From: Parcubacteria group bacterium
GTDB taxonomy: Bacteria > Patescibacteriota > Minisyncoccia > Phycocordibacterales > CSBR16-119
Length of the DNA: 64,000 nucleotides
NCBI GenBank assembly: GCA_943356745.1
Contig: CALRFT010000003.1
Coordinates: 10,853-74,852 of the forward strand
Direction of reading: 5' to 3'
Below, in pieces: positions 29,305-38,671 of the stretch (positions are counted from its first letter, which is position 1; every line of letters starts with the position of its first letter). The translations under genes and the position numbers were made by a program. Below the pieces are notes generated by a model that did not search any database, was not told the origin of the DNA, and saw only the letters and a list, made by a program, of their open reading frames with translations.

Positions 29305-30343
29305 TTTCTAGTTTATTTTTTTCTCTGTCTTTAATATATTCAAGTAGTGTTACGGTCACTGGAATTGCAAGGATAAGCCCCCAGAATCCAGCAAGTTTAA
29401 ACCCAATCAAAACTGCTAAGATAACAGCTATTGGAGAAACTCCTGTTGCTTTTCGCATAACAAGAGGTTGCACCACATAACTTTCTATTTGTTGTATTAC
29501 AACATACAACCCGGCAACCAAAATTGCAAGAGAAATTCCTCCAGAAGCAAAGGCAAGAGAGATTGCGGGGATTGAAGCGAGAATAATTCCAAAAGGAATA
29601 AGTTCAAACACAGCTGCAATTACAGCAAGCAAAAGTGCATATTCAACACCAATCAACGCAAGCCCTATGAAGGTAAGAAGTCCGACAATAAGACCCATGA
29701 ACATTTGCCCACGAAGCCATTTTGCAATTTTTCTTTGTGAACGTTTCCAAAGATCAATAACATATTTCTCATGTTGCTTTGGAGTAACAATTCTCAAGAA
29801 TGATTCGATACCATCTTCTGCCAAAGAAAGATAAAAAGAAATAACAACAATTAAAATAACATTTGCAATACTTCCAAAGAGATTTGAGATAGCACTTACA
29901 AAACCACCACTGATTGAAGCTAATACTCCCTGTAATTGCTGGAATAAATCCGGAAGCATAACTCCTTCTGTAATATTTTCAGCAACTGTCTTTGCACTAT
30001 CCACAGTATTTTGATTTACAATTCCCGGAATAAAATCAGCAATTATCGGAATGAGTTTTGAAAATTCAATAATCAAAACTGGAACAAAGAAATAGAAAAT
30101 TCCAGAAAGTGCAGCAAAACCAAGAATGTACATTCCAACCACTGAAACTGTTTTTGGAATATGATATTTCAAAAGTCTTTCACTTACGGTTCTCACAAAA
30201 GAAGCGATTACGATTGAAGTAAGCACTACCAAGACCAAATCAGACAACTTAAGCAAAGCTGCAGCAAGTGCAACCAAAAGAAAAGCACTTATAAGTGTTT
30301 TGTTAGAGATTTTTACTGTAAATCTATTATGAGATATATTCAT
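29285..30343 (-). CDS. AI-2E family transporter (PerM/YhhT-like permease)
   Basis: 352 aa, about 8 TM helices; topology and length typical of the AI-2E family. Confidence 0.65.
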   Translation of the reverse strand: MNISHNRFTVKISNKTLISAFLLVALAAALLKLSDLVLVVLTSIVIASFVRTVSERLLKYHIPKTVSVVGMYILGFAALSGIFYFFVPVLIIEFSKLIPIIADFIPGIVNQNTVDSAKTVAENITEGVMLPDLFQQLQGVLASISGGFVSAISNLFGSIANVILIVVISFYLSLAEDGIESFLRIVTPKQHEKYVIDLWKRSQRKIAKWLRGQMFMGLIVGLLTFIGLALIGVEYALLLAVIAAVFELIPFGIILASIPAISLAFASGGISLAILVAGLYVVIQQIESYVVQPLVMRKATGVSPIAVILAVLIGFKLAGFWGLILAIPVTVTLLEYIKDREKNKLEIEEHEK

Positions 30344-30426
30344 AGGCTATATAATGTTTATTTCTTTAAAACTACTATCATCATAACACAAAAGACCCTT
30401 TGAAGGGTCTTTTGTGTATAACGATT

Positions 30427-31800
30427 TTATAGACTAAATTTTTCTTTAAAATAAGGAATAAGAGAGTCAATTGAAACCCGCTCTTGGTGAGTTGTGTTTC
30501 TGTCTCTAACTGTTACATCTCCTTTTTCAAGAGAGTCAAAATCAATCACAAGACAAAACGGTGTTCCAATTTCATCTTGCCTTCGATATCGTTTTCCGAT
30601 ATTTCCATTATCATCCCAAGAAACATTTCCAAATTCTCGTTTCAAAACTCCAAATACTTCTTTTGCTTTCTCAACAAGTTCTGGCTTGTTTCGAAGAAGT
30701 GGACTCACTGCAATTTTAATTGGAGCAATGTTTGGATGCAAAGCAAGATATGTTCGAACTTCTCCATCAATTTCCTCTTCTCGATATGCTGAAACAAGAA
30801 GTGCAAGAAGGGTTCGTTCAACTCCAAACGACGGCTCAATCACATGAGGTGTAAACCATTCGTTTTTTTCTTGATCAAGGATCTGAAGTTTTTCTCCTGA
30901 CCCCTCCATGTGTTTTGAAAGATCATATGAACCACGATATGCAAGTCCATACAATTCTTTTCTTCCAAATGGATAATCAAATTCAAAATCGATTGTTCGT
31001 TTTGAGTAGTGCGCCCTGTCTTCTGCTGAAACCTCAAGCTCATGAACATGATTCATATCAAGTCCGATGGTTCCCATCCATTCAAGCATTTCATCTTTCC
31101 AATACATGAATTCTTTTTCCCAATCTTCTTCACGAATAAAGTATTCGATTTCCATTTGTTCAAATTCACGTCCTCGGAATATGAAATCTTTTGGAGCAAT
31201 TTCATTTCGAAAGGCTTTTCCAATTTGACCTACTCCAAACGGAACCTTTGGAGAAAAAGTATCAACAATATTTTTGAAGTTTACAAAGATTCCCTGTGCT
31301 GTTTCTGGCCGAAGAAATGTTTTTGATTTTGCGTCTTGCACGGCTCCAAGCTGTGTTTCGAGCATCATATTAAATGTTCGAACTTCCCCAAGAGGATTTC
31401 CTTCTGGACTTTTCACTCCGTGGTCTTTGATAATCTGAGACATCTCCTCCACTGTTTTTCCTTTGATATCAAAATTAAGATCTTCAAGAATATGATCAGC
31501 CCGGTATCGTTTATTTGTTTTCAAATCTTCCACAAGTGGATCAACAAATCCTGCTGCGTGACCACTCGCCTGCCATACTGATGGACTCAAAATAATTGCA
31601 GAGTCGAGACCATACATATCAGTTCTATTTTCAACGAAAAATCTCCACCAAGAATCTTTGATATTCTTCTTAAGCATTGACCCAAGCGGACCAAAGTCGT
31701 ATGACCCAGCAAGTCCTCCATAGATTTCAGAACCTGGATAAATGAACCCTCGTCGTTTTGATAAGCTTATTATTTTTTCCATTAATTCGTGTGTTTTCAT
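30427..31800 (-). CDS. glyQS: glycyl-tRNA synthetase, alpha2 (archaeal/eukaryal/Gram-positive) type
   Basis: ..RRGFIYPGSEIYGGLAGSYDFGPLGSMLKKNI.. and class II motifs; 457 aa. Confidence 0.9.
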   Translation of the reverse strand: MKTHELMEKIISLSKRRGFIYPGSEIYGGLAGSYDFGPLGSMLKKNIKDSWWRFFVENRTDMYGLDSAIILSPSVWQASGHAAGFVDPLVEDLKTNKRYRADHILEDLNFDIKGKTVEEMSQIIKDHGVKSPEGNPLGEVRTFNMMLETQLGAVQDAKSKTFLRPETAQGIFVNFKNIVDTFSPKVPFGVGQIGKAFRNEIAPKDFIFRGREFEQMEIEYFIREEDWEKEFMYWKDEMLEWMGTIGLDMNHVHELEVSAEDRAHYSKRTIDFEFDYPFGRKELYGLAYRGSYDLSKHMEGSGEKLQILDQEKNEWFTPHVIEPSFGVERTLLALLVSAYREEEIDGEVRTYLALHPNIAPIKIAVSPLLRNKPELVEKAKEVFGVLKREFGNVSWDDNGNIGKRYRRQDEIGTPFCLVIDFDSLEKGDVTVRDRNTTHQERVSIDSLIPYFKEKFSL

Positions 31801-31801
31801 A

Positions 31802-33691
31802 TTATTCTACGACTCTGTCGTTATTTGCATTATACTCAGTATCTCTTGAAAGACTAGAGTTGAGTTGACCAAATGTTTTTGAAACAATATCTCCAGTGAA
31901 AGCATCTTTAGCTTCGAGACTTCCAGAAGAGATAATTGTTGGTAAGGTTTGTATTTGAGAAACTGATGGAATAAATCCAACTTTAAAATATATTTTTTTT
32001 GAACCTGAAGCCCCTGGGGTAATTTCTCCAGCATTCCATGTGAGTCTTCTGTTAATTGAATTGTATGAAATATTTGCATCTTCTGGGAAAGATTCACCTT
32101 TCCAAGTTATATATGAAGGAAGATCAGCAACAACTTTTACATCATCGAGACTACTCGTTGTTGATGAGACTGTCCATTCGACGGTATATGTTGTTTCTTC
32201 TCCAACCTTTGGAGGAAGAGTTCCACTATTCACAAATGGTCCATTATTGAAAAATAGAGCATTTGAAATAGAAACATCAGAAGCAACTCGAATCACTCCA
32301 TTGTAAATATTACTTACCTCTTCAGGTTGTGTACCTTGTCCAACAATAACTCCTTTTGCATCAATAGCAACTGATATTGTTGGGTTTGCAACCCCAGCTT
32401 TTGGAATAAGAGAGAAATAAAGTTGGCCTGTTTTTCCAGGAGAAATGTTGTTAAGATTACTGTTATTATTTTGATTCCAAATAATTCTACCTTGATTATT
32501 ATCAAAAAATCCTTGGTTTACAGTTACTCTAGTTGGGTCAAAACCATTTCCAGAAAATCGAGCTGTGATCTCCAAAGAAGAAAGTGAGGTATCAAGTTCA
32601 TTTTCCCAATCAATTGTAAATGTTGTTTCTCCTGTTGAAGAAACGATAAACTGGTTTGACTTTGTTTGACCAGTCGAAAGTTCTGCTGAAACAAATGGGG
32701 TGCCAATTTCTATCGCAAGCGGTGTTGCGGTAAACTGAACTCCAATTTCTTGTTCATCGTCTGGATTTTGACTTCCAGAAATAACAGTAATGATTCTTTC
32801 TTCACCATTACTTGCTCGAATTGATCCTTGAATTTGAATTGTTTTTTCAACTCCCGGTGCTAAATCCCCCAAAACCCAGGTATCGTTTCCAAAGTCAGGT
32901 TCTGGACTCGCACTTTCAAATTTGAATCCTGAAGGATATGTCACAACAAGCATCATGTTTTCTGTTACTTCTGTACTATTTTGAATAACAGTAATATCTG
33001 TTGAAAATAACTGATTTGAAACAACATTTTCTGGACCTTCAACAATAACATCAACTGGTGATGTTGCTATCGTTACCTGATAATCATATTCTTTTACGAA
33101 AATAGCATTTGAATTTTCAACTCGATATTCAAGTGTAAATGTTACATCTCGCACAGAACCCTGTTCTCCAAAGATAGCAATTTCTACAATATCCTCCGCA
33201 ATATCTCCACTTTTAATTTCCCCAAGAGAAACACGTTCTCGAACAATATCTTCTGCACCACCAACTCCTTTTGAATACTCAACAAGAATATCGGCAATTT
33301 CAATATTTGTTCTATTTCTGTTTGCAACCTTGATTTGAAGAGGAAGTTCTTCCCCACCATCAACAAATGAGTTTCCAAGAACAACAATATCAATATTATT
33401 GTTTGAAATTGTTGTACCACCTTGGAAAAAAGTAAAGAAAGCAAAAATCATTGAACCCAAGAAAAAAGCAATCGCCACCATAAAAAGGTTACGGAAATTT
33501 TTTGAGTGCATTAAATGTTTTTTTCTTTTTTTAGTTGGCATTTGATTATCACCACTCCACGCGGATGGAATAGTTGAAACACTGTCATGTAACTCATGTC
33601 TTGTAACTTGTTTTGGTTCCCGACCACGAACATAGAGTTCGCGTTCACTCATTTCTAATTTATCGGGAATGATTTTTTTTCTTTCTTCCAT
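31802..33691 (-). CDS. large membrane-anchored hypothetical protein with repeated beta-sandwich (DUF11/CARDB-like) domains
   Basis: 629 aa with a basic N-terminus and one TM (..FMVAIAFFLGSMIFAFFTFF..). It then has ~540 aa of T/S/V/N-rich beta-strand repeats. Confidence 0.5.
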   Translation of the reverse strand: MEERKKIIPDKLEMSERELYVRGREPKQVTRHELHDSVSTIPSAWSGDNQMPTKKRKKHLMHSKNFRNLFMVAIAFFLGSMIFAFFTFFQGGTTISNNNIDIVVLGNSFVDGGEELPLQIKVANRNRTNIEIADILVEYSKGVGGAEDIVRERVSLGEIKSGDIAEDIVEIAIFGEQGSVRDVTFTLEYRVENSNAIFVKEYDYQVTIATSPVDVIVEGPENVVSNQLFSTDITVIQNSTEVTENMMLVVTYPSGFKFESASPEPDFGNDTWVLGDLAPGVEKTIQIQGSIRASNGEERIITVISGSQNPDDEQEIGVQFTATPLAIEIGTPFVSAELSTGQTKSNQFIVSSTGETTFTIDWENELDTSLSSLEITARFSGNGFDPTRVTVNQGFFDNNQGRIIWNQNNNSNLNNISPGKTGQLYFSLIPKAGVANPTISVAIDAKGVIVGQGTQPEEVSNIYNGVIRVASDVSISNALFFNNGPFVNSGTLPPKVGEETTYTVEWTVSSTTSSLDDVKVVADLPSYITWKGESFPEDANISYNSINRRLTWNAGEITPGASGSKKIYFKVGFIPSVSQIQTLPTIISSGSLEAKDAFTGDIVSKTFGQLNSSLSRDTEYNANNDRVVE

Positions 33692-33712
33692 ATGATTATA
33701 AGTATAGCAAGC

Positions 33713-34300
33713 TTAGAGATGACTTTCACGAAGAGACTGTTTAATTCTTTCCAAAAGCTCATATTTTTTTTGACTTGTTCTATCTAAGGTTTCTCTTGTA
33801 AAGGCTGAATTATGTAAACTGTATGATTCTTTAAACTCTTCCCAATATCCAAGACGATGGAGAATCTTGATTGTTACCAAAATCTCAATCGCCTCTATTG
33901 TCTCACTATCAAAGGTTTTTGAAATTTTAAGACAAGCTTCATAGATATCAGAAAAAAGACTTTCTTGAGATTCTTCTCCAACATACAACCTTCGAAGCAA
34001 ATTCGCGATTCTTGAGATAGATTCCTGTGCCTTTTTTGAAAAACCGGCAAAGGTTACTTGTTCTCCATCAAACGGTAATGCGTTGGTAATTCTCCAAACA
34101 TCCTTTCCTCGCACAAACTCGATAACTGAAAAAGAGTACTGTTGGAGGAAGGGATTGAGTTTTGATGTAGTAGAACGAACCCCTTGAGCGCTTGCATGTA
34201 TGAGTCCAAAGTCCTGTGTCACAATCCAAAAAAACCGGTTTTTTTCACCTGTATCCATTGCGTCAATAATGAAACCTGGGTTTTGATGGATTGTATACAT
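33713..34300 (-). CDS. recO: DNA repair protein RecO (short form)
   Basis: N-terminal OB-fold pattern (GFIIDAMDTGEKNRFFWIVTQDFGLIHASAQGVRSTTSKL..PF..) resembles RecO. 195 aa and apparently lacking the zinc-binding tail. Confidence 0.55.
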   Translation of the reverse strand: MYTIHQNPGFIIDAMDTGEKNRFFWIVTQDFGLIHASAQGVRSTTSKLNPFLQQYSFSVIEFVRGKDVWRITNALPFDGEQVTFAGFSKKAQESISRIANLLRRLYVGEESQESLFSDIYEACLKISKTFDSETIEAIEILVTIKILHRLGYWEEFKESYSLHNSAFTRETLDRTSQKKYELLERIKQSLRESHL

Positions 34301-37300
34301 TAACGGATTGAAATACTTACTTTGTAATCTTCAAGATCAACAACCTCACCTTCTTTTTCTTCAAAAATAAATTTCTCTACCTGAGCAAGTTGTTTTATTT
34401 CTGAACTAAATGTTTCCACTAAATCTTGAGCCTCTGGCGACACCACGAGTGTGATTATTTGTTTTGGAGAAAGATCTTTTTTCTTTCGAAGATCTTGGAT
34501 TGCACGAAGGAGTTCTCTGTATTTTCCTTCACGTTTTAATTCTTCTGTAAGATTGGTATCAAGAGAGATTTCTTTAGCAACTAGAACTTCTTTCACATTA
34601 AGTTCATCTTCAATAATTTCAAGATATTCTCTTTGAAGATTTTCTGTGATGGTGAAACTTTGGAGTGGTTGACGTACTTTTACACCAGACTTTTGCCGGA
34701 GTAGAAGACCCTGACTTGCAAGATCTCGAGTGAGTTTCATTGCACTCAAAATACTTGTATCGAACGAAGAAACCTGTGGCCAATCACACAGATGAACAGA
34801 TTCTGGATCATTTTCTTCTTTCACTGTTTGATACACCTCTTCAGCAACAAACGGAATATATGGCGCTGCAACCTTTGCAAATTCTTTCAAAACAAATCGA
34901 GTCGTTGAAAGCGCAGCTGCCTTATCTTCGCCATCACTCTTGAATCTGTCTCGTGAACGACGAACATACCATGTTGAAAGATCGTCAACAAAATCAAAGA
35001 GTGGCCTTGCTCCTTTGTCGATGAGGTAGCTTTCAAGCCCTTCTTCAACATCTCGAATCGTTTCATAGAGTCTTGCGAGAATCCACTTATCGAGAATATT
35101 TTGACTTTGGTTGTGGGCTCTTTCTCCAGCACTATACATTTCATAAAATGTCGCTGAGTTTCTGTATCGTCCCATCACCTTACTCTGAACCTCACTCACT
35201 GTTTTTTCACTAAAGTTTACATCTTCTGCGTGAACCGCAGGACTCGCCATGAGAAACAGTCGAAGTGCATCTGCTCCCTCTTTGTCGATCATATGGTTGA
35301 GATCTGGATAGTTCTTGAGACGTTTTGCCATTTTCTTTCCATCTTCGGCAAGTACGAGTCCATTTACCAAAACATTTTTAAATGCTGGTTGATCAAACTG
35401 TGCACTCGCAAGAACCATCATCACATAAAACCAACCCCGTGTTTGGTCTTGTCCTTCTGCAACGAAGTCCGCTGGGAAACGTTTTGTTTTTTTAAACAAA
35501 CCTTTCTTTGGTTGAAACCGTGAATCATCAAATGGATAGTGATGTGACGCATACGGCATAGAACCACTATCAAACCATACATCAAACACATCTGGAATTC
35601 GTTTGTATGATTCTCCATCTTTTTCAATTTTGAAATTGTCGATATATGGACGATGGAGATCAAGTTCTCGAAGTCTTGTATTGTCGACAAACAAAGTGAC
35701 TGGTACCGCGTTTCCAGTAAGCGCAGGATTACTAAAAATTGATGAAACAGCATCTTCATTTGAAATACCTTTCAAAAGTTTCATCATTGAAGAACCTGTT
35801 CCCTGATGTGAAAACACAACCACTGTTTGCCCAGGATGCTTTGCAATAATATCTCTCAAAAAATCTTCTGTTCTATCATCTAGATCTTTCCAAGATTCTC
35901 CTGTTCCACCACGCTTGAAAAGATATCGTTCCTCTACTGGAAGATTTTTATATGCATCTCTTTCAGCTTTCACCTCTGGATCAAACTGTGTTTTCTCTTC
36001 CCAATTTCCTGAAGTAATTTCTTTCAGTCTGTCATCAAAAATAATTTCCTTTCCAGATTTTTTTGTGTAATGTTCTGCAGTTTGTTTTACTCGAAGTATT
36101 GGAGATGAATACACAACATCAACTTTTTCTTTCACAATTTTTTCTGCCGCCTTTTCAGCTTGAGAGTGTCCAAGTTCAGTGAGTGGATGTTTATCAAGCG
36201 CTGAAGAAGAAATTTCTTTAACATTATGTTCTGCTTGTCCGTGTCGTACAAAAATAATTTTTGTAATTTGCCCTTGTGCATTTTCTCGCAAATCTTCGAT
36301 TGAGCCCAAGATGAGTTTCTTTCCCGATTCACTTTCCCAGATTGGAAGTGGCGTTCCCCAAAACCGCGCTCGTGATACTGACCAATCTCGAACTTCTTCA
36401 AGCCACTTTCCAAAACGACCATCTTTAATATGGTTTGGAACCCAATTTGTTTTTTGGTTATTTTTGATAAGTTTTTCTTTTACCTTTTGCACGTTCACAA
36501 ACCAACTCTCTGTCGCGTAGTTGATGAGTGGACAATCTGTTCGCCAACACACAGGATAGCTGTGAGTATATTTTTTCTTTTCGAAAAGTTTTCCATTTCG
36601 TGCGAGGTATTTTACAATCTCAACATCAACATGCTGGTGATCTGTCACGTTTCGCACTGCCCAACCTTTGACATCGTATCCAGCTTCTACCAAAAAGTTT
36701 TCTACTTCTGATACAAAATGTCCGTCCATTTTCACATGGTGGATTGGTTCTACTTTTTCTTTTTGACCAAGATTTAGGTCGTCTTGTCCAAAGCCTGGTG
36801 CAATATGCACGATTCCTGTTCCGTCTTCTGTAGTAACAAAATCCCCCGCAACAACTCGAAATGCGTTTGCGTGGTTTTTGTAAATTGGGAAAATTGGTTC
36901 GTATGTTGAACCGATGAGATCTTTTCCTTGGAATGTTTTTTCAACTGAATATTCTTTTTGGGCCACAGCTGACTCGAGAAGTTTTGAAGCAATAATATAT
37001 TTTTGATCTCCAATTACAACCACAGAATATTCAATCTCCTCTCCCACCGCCAAAAGCACATTCCCTGGAAGTGTCCACGGAGTTGTTGTCCACGCTACCA
37101 TATGTGCTCCTTTGTGTGGACCACTCGTCAAAGTGAAGTTTGCATACACAGAAATATCAGTAATGTCTTTGTATCCTCCCATGTTTACTTCTTGATTTGA
37201 AAGCACTGTTTCAAGTGGAGGAGAAACCATCATCGACTTATAGCTTTTGTAGACCAAACCTTGGTCATCAAGATTTTTGAATACAGCCCATACACTTTCC

Positions 37301-37764
37301 ATAAATTCTGGATCCATCGTTTTGTATGGATTGTCCATGTCTACAAATCTTCCAACTCGCGGAATATATTCTTTCCAATCTGTCTCATATCGAAGAACAC
37401 TCGCCCGTGCGGCTTGGTTGAACTTTTCGATTCCATACTCAACAATGTCCTGGTTTGTTGGAAGGTTCAGTTCTTTTTGGATGAGGTTTTCAATCGGAAG
37501 CCCGTGACAATCCCAACCCCACTGACGTGGAACATGGAAACCTTTCATGGTTTTATATCGTGGAATCACATCTTTCATTGTTCCCGGCAAAAGATGTCCG
37601 TAGTGTGGAAGTCCTGTTGCGTATGGAGGTCCATCGAAAAATACAAACTCACCTTCTGGTGAATCTTTTTGCAAAGACTTTTGGAAAATATTTTGGTCCT
37701 TCCAAAACTTCAATATTTTTTCTTCTACTAATGCAACTTGTGATTTTTTTTGTTCTTCGTTCAT
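34300..37764 (-). CDS. ileS: isoleucyl-tRNA synthetase with an inserted ~200-aa histidine phosphatase (phosphoglycerate-mutase-like) domain
   Basis: HIGH region (PHYGHLLPG), CP1 editing domain (TTTPWTLPGN) and KMSKS variant (KMAKR). Between ..PIWESESGKK.. and ..LDLHRPYID.. sits a complete histidine-phosphatase domain with RHG (IIFVRHGQAEHN), SSPILRVKQTAEH and a second His (VVFSHQG). Start is at the Met at 37764; the track ORF runs 35 codons further into the T-box terminator. Confidence 0.85.
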   Translation of the reverse strand: MNEEQKKSQVALVEEKILKFWKDQNIFQKSLQKDSPEGEFVFFDGPPYATGLPHYGHLLPGTMKDVIPRYKTMKGFHVPRQWGWDCHGLPIENLIQKELNLPTNQDIVEYGIEKFNQAARASVLRYETDWKEYIPRVGRFVDMDNPYKTMDPEFMESVWAVFKNLDDQGLVYKSYKSMMVSPPLETVLSNQEVNMGGYKDITDISVYANFTLTSGPHKGAHMVAWTTTPWTLPGNVLLAVGEEIEYSVVVIGDQKYIIASKLLESAVAQKEYSVEKTFQGKDLIGSTYEPIFPIYKNHANAFRVVAGDFVTTEDGTGIVHIAPGFGQDDLNLGQKEKVEPIHHVKMDGHFVSEVENFLVEAGYDVKGWAVRNVTDHQHVDVEIVKYLARNGKLFEKKKYTHSYPVCWRTDCPLINYATESWFVNVQKVKEKLIKNNQKTNWVPNHIKDGRFGKWLEEVRDWSVSRARFWGTPLPIWESESGKKLILGSIEDLRENAQGQITKIIFVRHGQAEHNVKEISSSALDKHPLTELGHSQAEKAAEKIVKEKVDVVYSSPILRVKQTAEHYTKKSGKEIIFDDRLKEITSGNWEEKTQFDPEVKAERDAYKNLPVEERYLFKRGGTGESWKDLDDRTEDFLRDIIAKHPGQTVVVFSHQGTGSSMMKLLKGISNEDAVSSIFSNPALTGNAVPVTLFVDNTRLRELDLHRPYIDNFKIEKDGESYKRIPDVFDVWFDSGSMPYASHHYPFDDSRFQPKKGLFKKTKRFPADFVAEGQDQTRGWFYVMMVLASAQFDQPAFKNVLVNGLVLAEDGKKMAKRLKNYPDLNHMIDKEGADALRLFLMASPAVHAEDVNFSEKTVSEVQSKVMGRYRNSATFYEMYSAGERAHNQSQNILDKWILARLYETIRDVEEGLESYLIDKGARPLFDFVDDLSTWYVRRSRDRFKSDGEDKAAALSTTRFVLKEFAKVAAPYIPFVAEEVYQTVKEENDPESVHLCDWPQVSSFDTSILSAMKLTRDLASQGLLLRQKSGVKVRQPLQSFTITENLQREYLEIIEDELNVKEVLVAKEISLDTNLTEELKREGKYRELLRAIQDLRKKKDLSPKQIITLVVSPEAQDLVETFSSEIKQLAQVEKFIFEEKEGEVVDLEDYKVSISIR

Positions 37765-37789
37765 GATATGTATAAAAGCTAATAAATTG

Positions 37790-38010
37790 ATAAATAAAAA
37801 AACTCGCCCACAGAAATAAGTACAAAGACTTATTTCCAAGGGCGAGTTTTCTGTTTCCCGCGGTACCACCTTGTTTGATGCGGGAAAATGGCTTTGCCAT
37901 TTTCCCGCATCCTCATTACAGCTATTTCGGGCTTACCCGCCAAGTTCTACTTCCTTTAAAGGTTTCTTCTTGAAGCTCTGGAGTGATTAGTTCCTTCAAC
38001 GCTTGTAATT
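37790..38010 (-). promoter_or_regulatory. T-box riboswitch leader of ileS (boundaries approximate)
   Basis: The minus-strand RNA contains the conserved T-box core ..AAGGUGGUACCGCGGGAAAC.. (plus 37857..37870). It is followed directly by an intrinsic terminator (gggcgag...ctcgccc plus U-run, about 37797..37850) that ends about 30 nt before the ileS ATG. The 5' part contains an AGAG motif and candidate Ile specifier triplets. Confidence 0.8.
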
Positions 38011-38015
38011 GAAAT

Positions 38016-38047
38016 ATAACACAAAAAAATCAAAGAAAAAAGCCTTG
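38016..38047. terminator. hairpin aaaaagccttgtaa-ac-ttacaaggcttttt
   Basis: 13-bp stem flanked by A-run and T-run. Separates the 38124..38597 gene from the T-box/ileS unit. Confidence 0.7.
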
Positions 38048-38123
38048 TAAACTTACAAGGCTTTTTGGAAAATGTCCGATTTGTTACACGCTCACTTTAA
38101 CAACATGAATTCCTATTCCGACA

Positions 38124-38597
38124 CTACAACCAGCAAAAAAGAATCTCGCGAAAAATTCCATCTACTATTGTTTTTCGCTCTGGGTTGCAAAAAATTTTAC
38201 CACCCTTAGAAATAAGAATTAGACCAACACGAGTGTCAGAATGACGCTTTTTGATTGAATCCAAAACTACCTTTTCGAGGTAATTAATCAAATAGTTAAG
38301 TTTTTCATATTCAGATGAAAGACGAAGCTCAACAACTATTTCTGGTATACACATCTCATGATATTGAGTGATTTTCTTGTAAAGAAGGGTACTCACAGCT
38401 TTCTCAAAATCATTCATTTCCCCAAAGAAAAGTGGAAATGTTACTTCTTTAGGTTCATTATTATTGATAATACCCACTTTAGTTCCAGCATAAAGAAGCT
38501 CATTGTTCACTGTTTCGATTTCCTCCTGAGAAATTGAAAGGAGTTCGCCAATCCAGGTGTCATCCAGGCTTGCAAGGGTTTTTTGATTGTAATCCAT
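38124..38597 (-). CDS. hypothetical protein
   Basis: 157 aa, soluble, no family recognised. Confidence 0.45.
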   Translation of the reverse strand: MDYNQKTLASLDDTWIGELLSISQEEIETVNNELLYAGTKVGIINNNEPKEVTFPLFFGEMNDFEKAVSTLLYKKITQYHEMCIPEIVVELRLSSEYEKLNYLINYLEKVVLDSIKKRHSDTRVGLILISKGGKIFCNPERKTIVDGIFREILFCWL

Positions 38598-38671
38598 AAT
38601 ATAAAGAACGGTTTTAAATTAGGTTTATATTGAAACATAATAAAAAAACATTGTCAAGCACTGTTTTTTTA

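Noticed and set aside
37765-37869. N-terminal 35-codon extension of the ileS track ORF (MVPRETENSPLEISLCTYFCGRVFLFINLLAFIHI)
   Set aside because: It runs straight through the T-box terminator hairpin and U-run. The Met at 37764 gives a canonical IleRS N-terminus (MNEEQKKSQVALVEEKILKFWK..).
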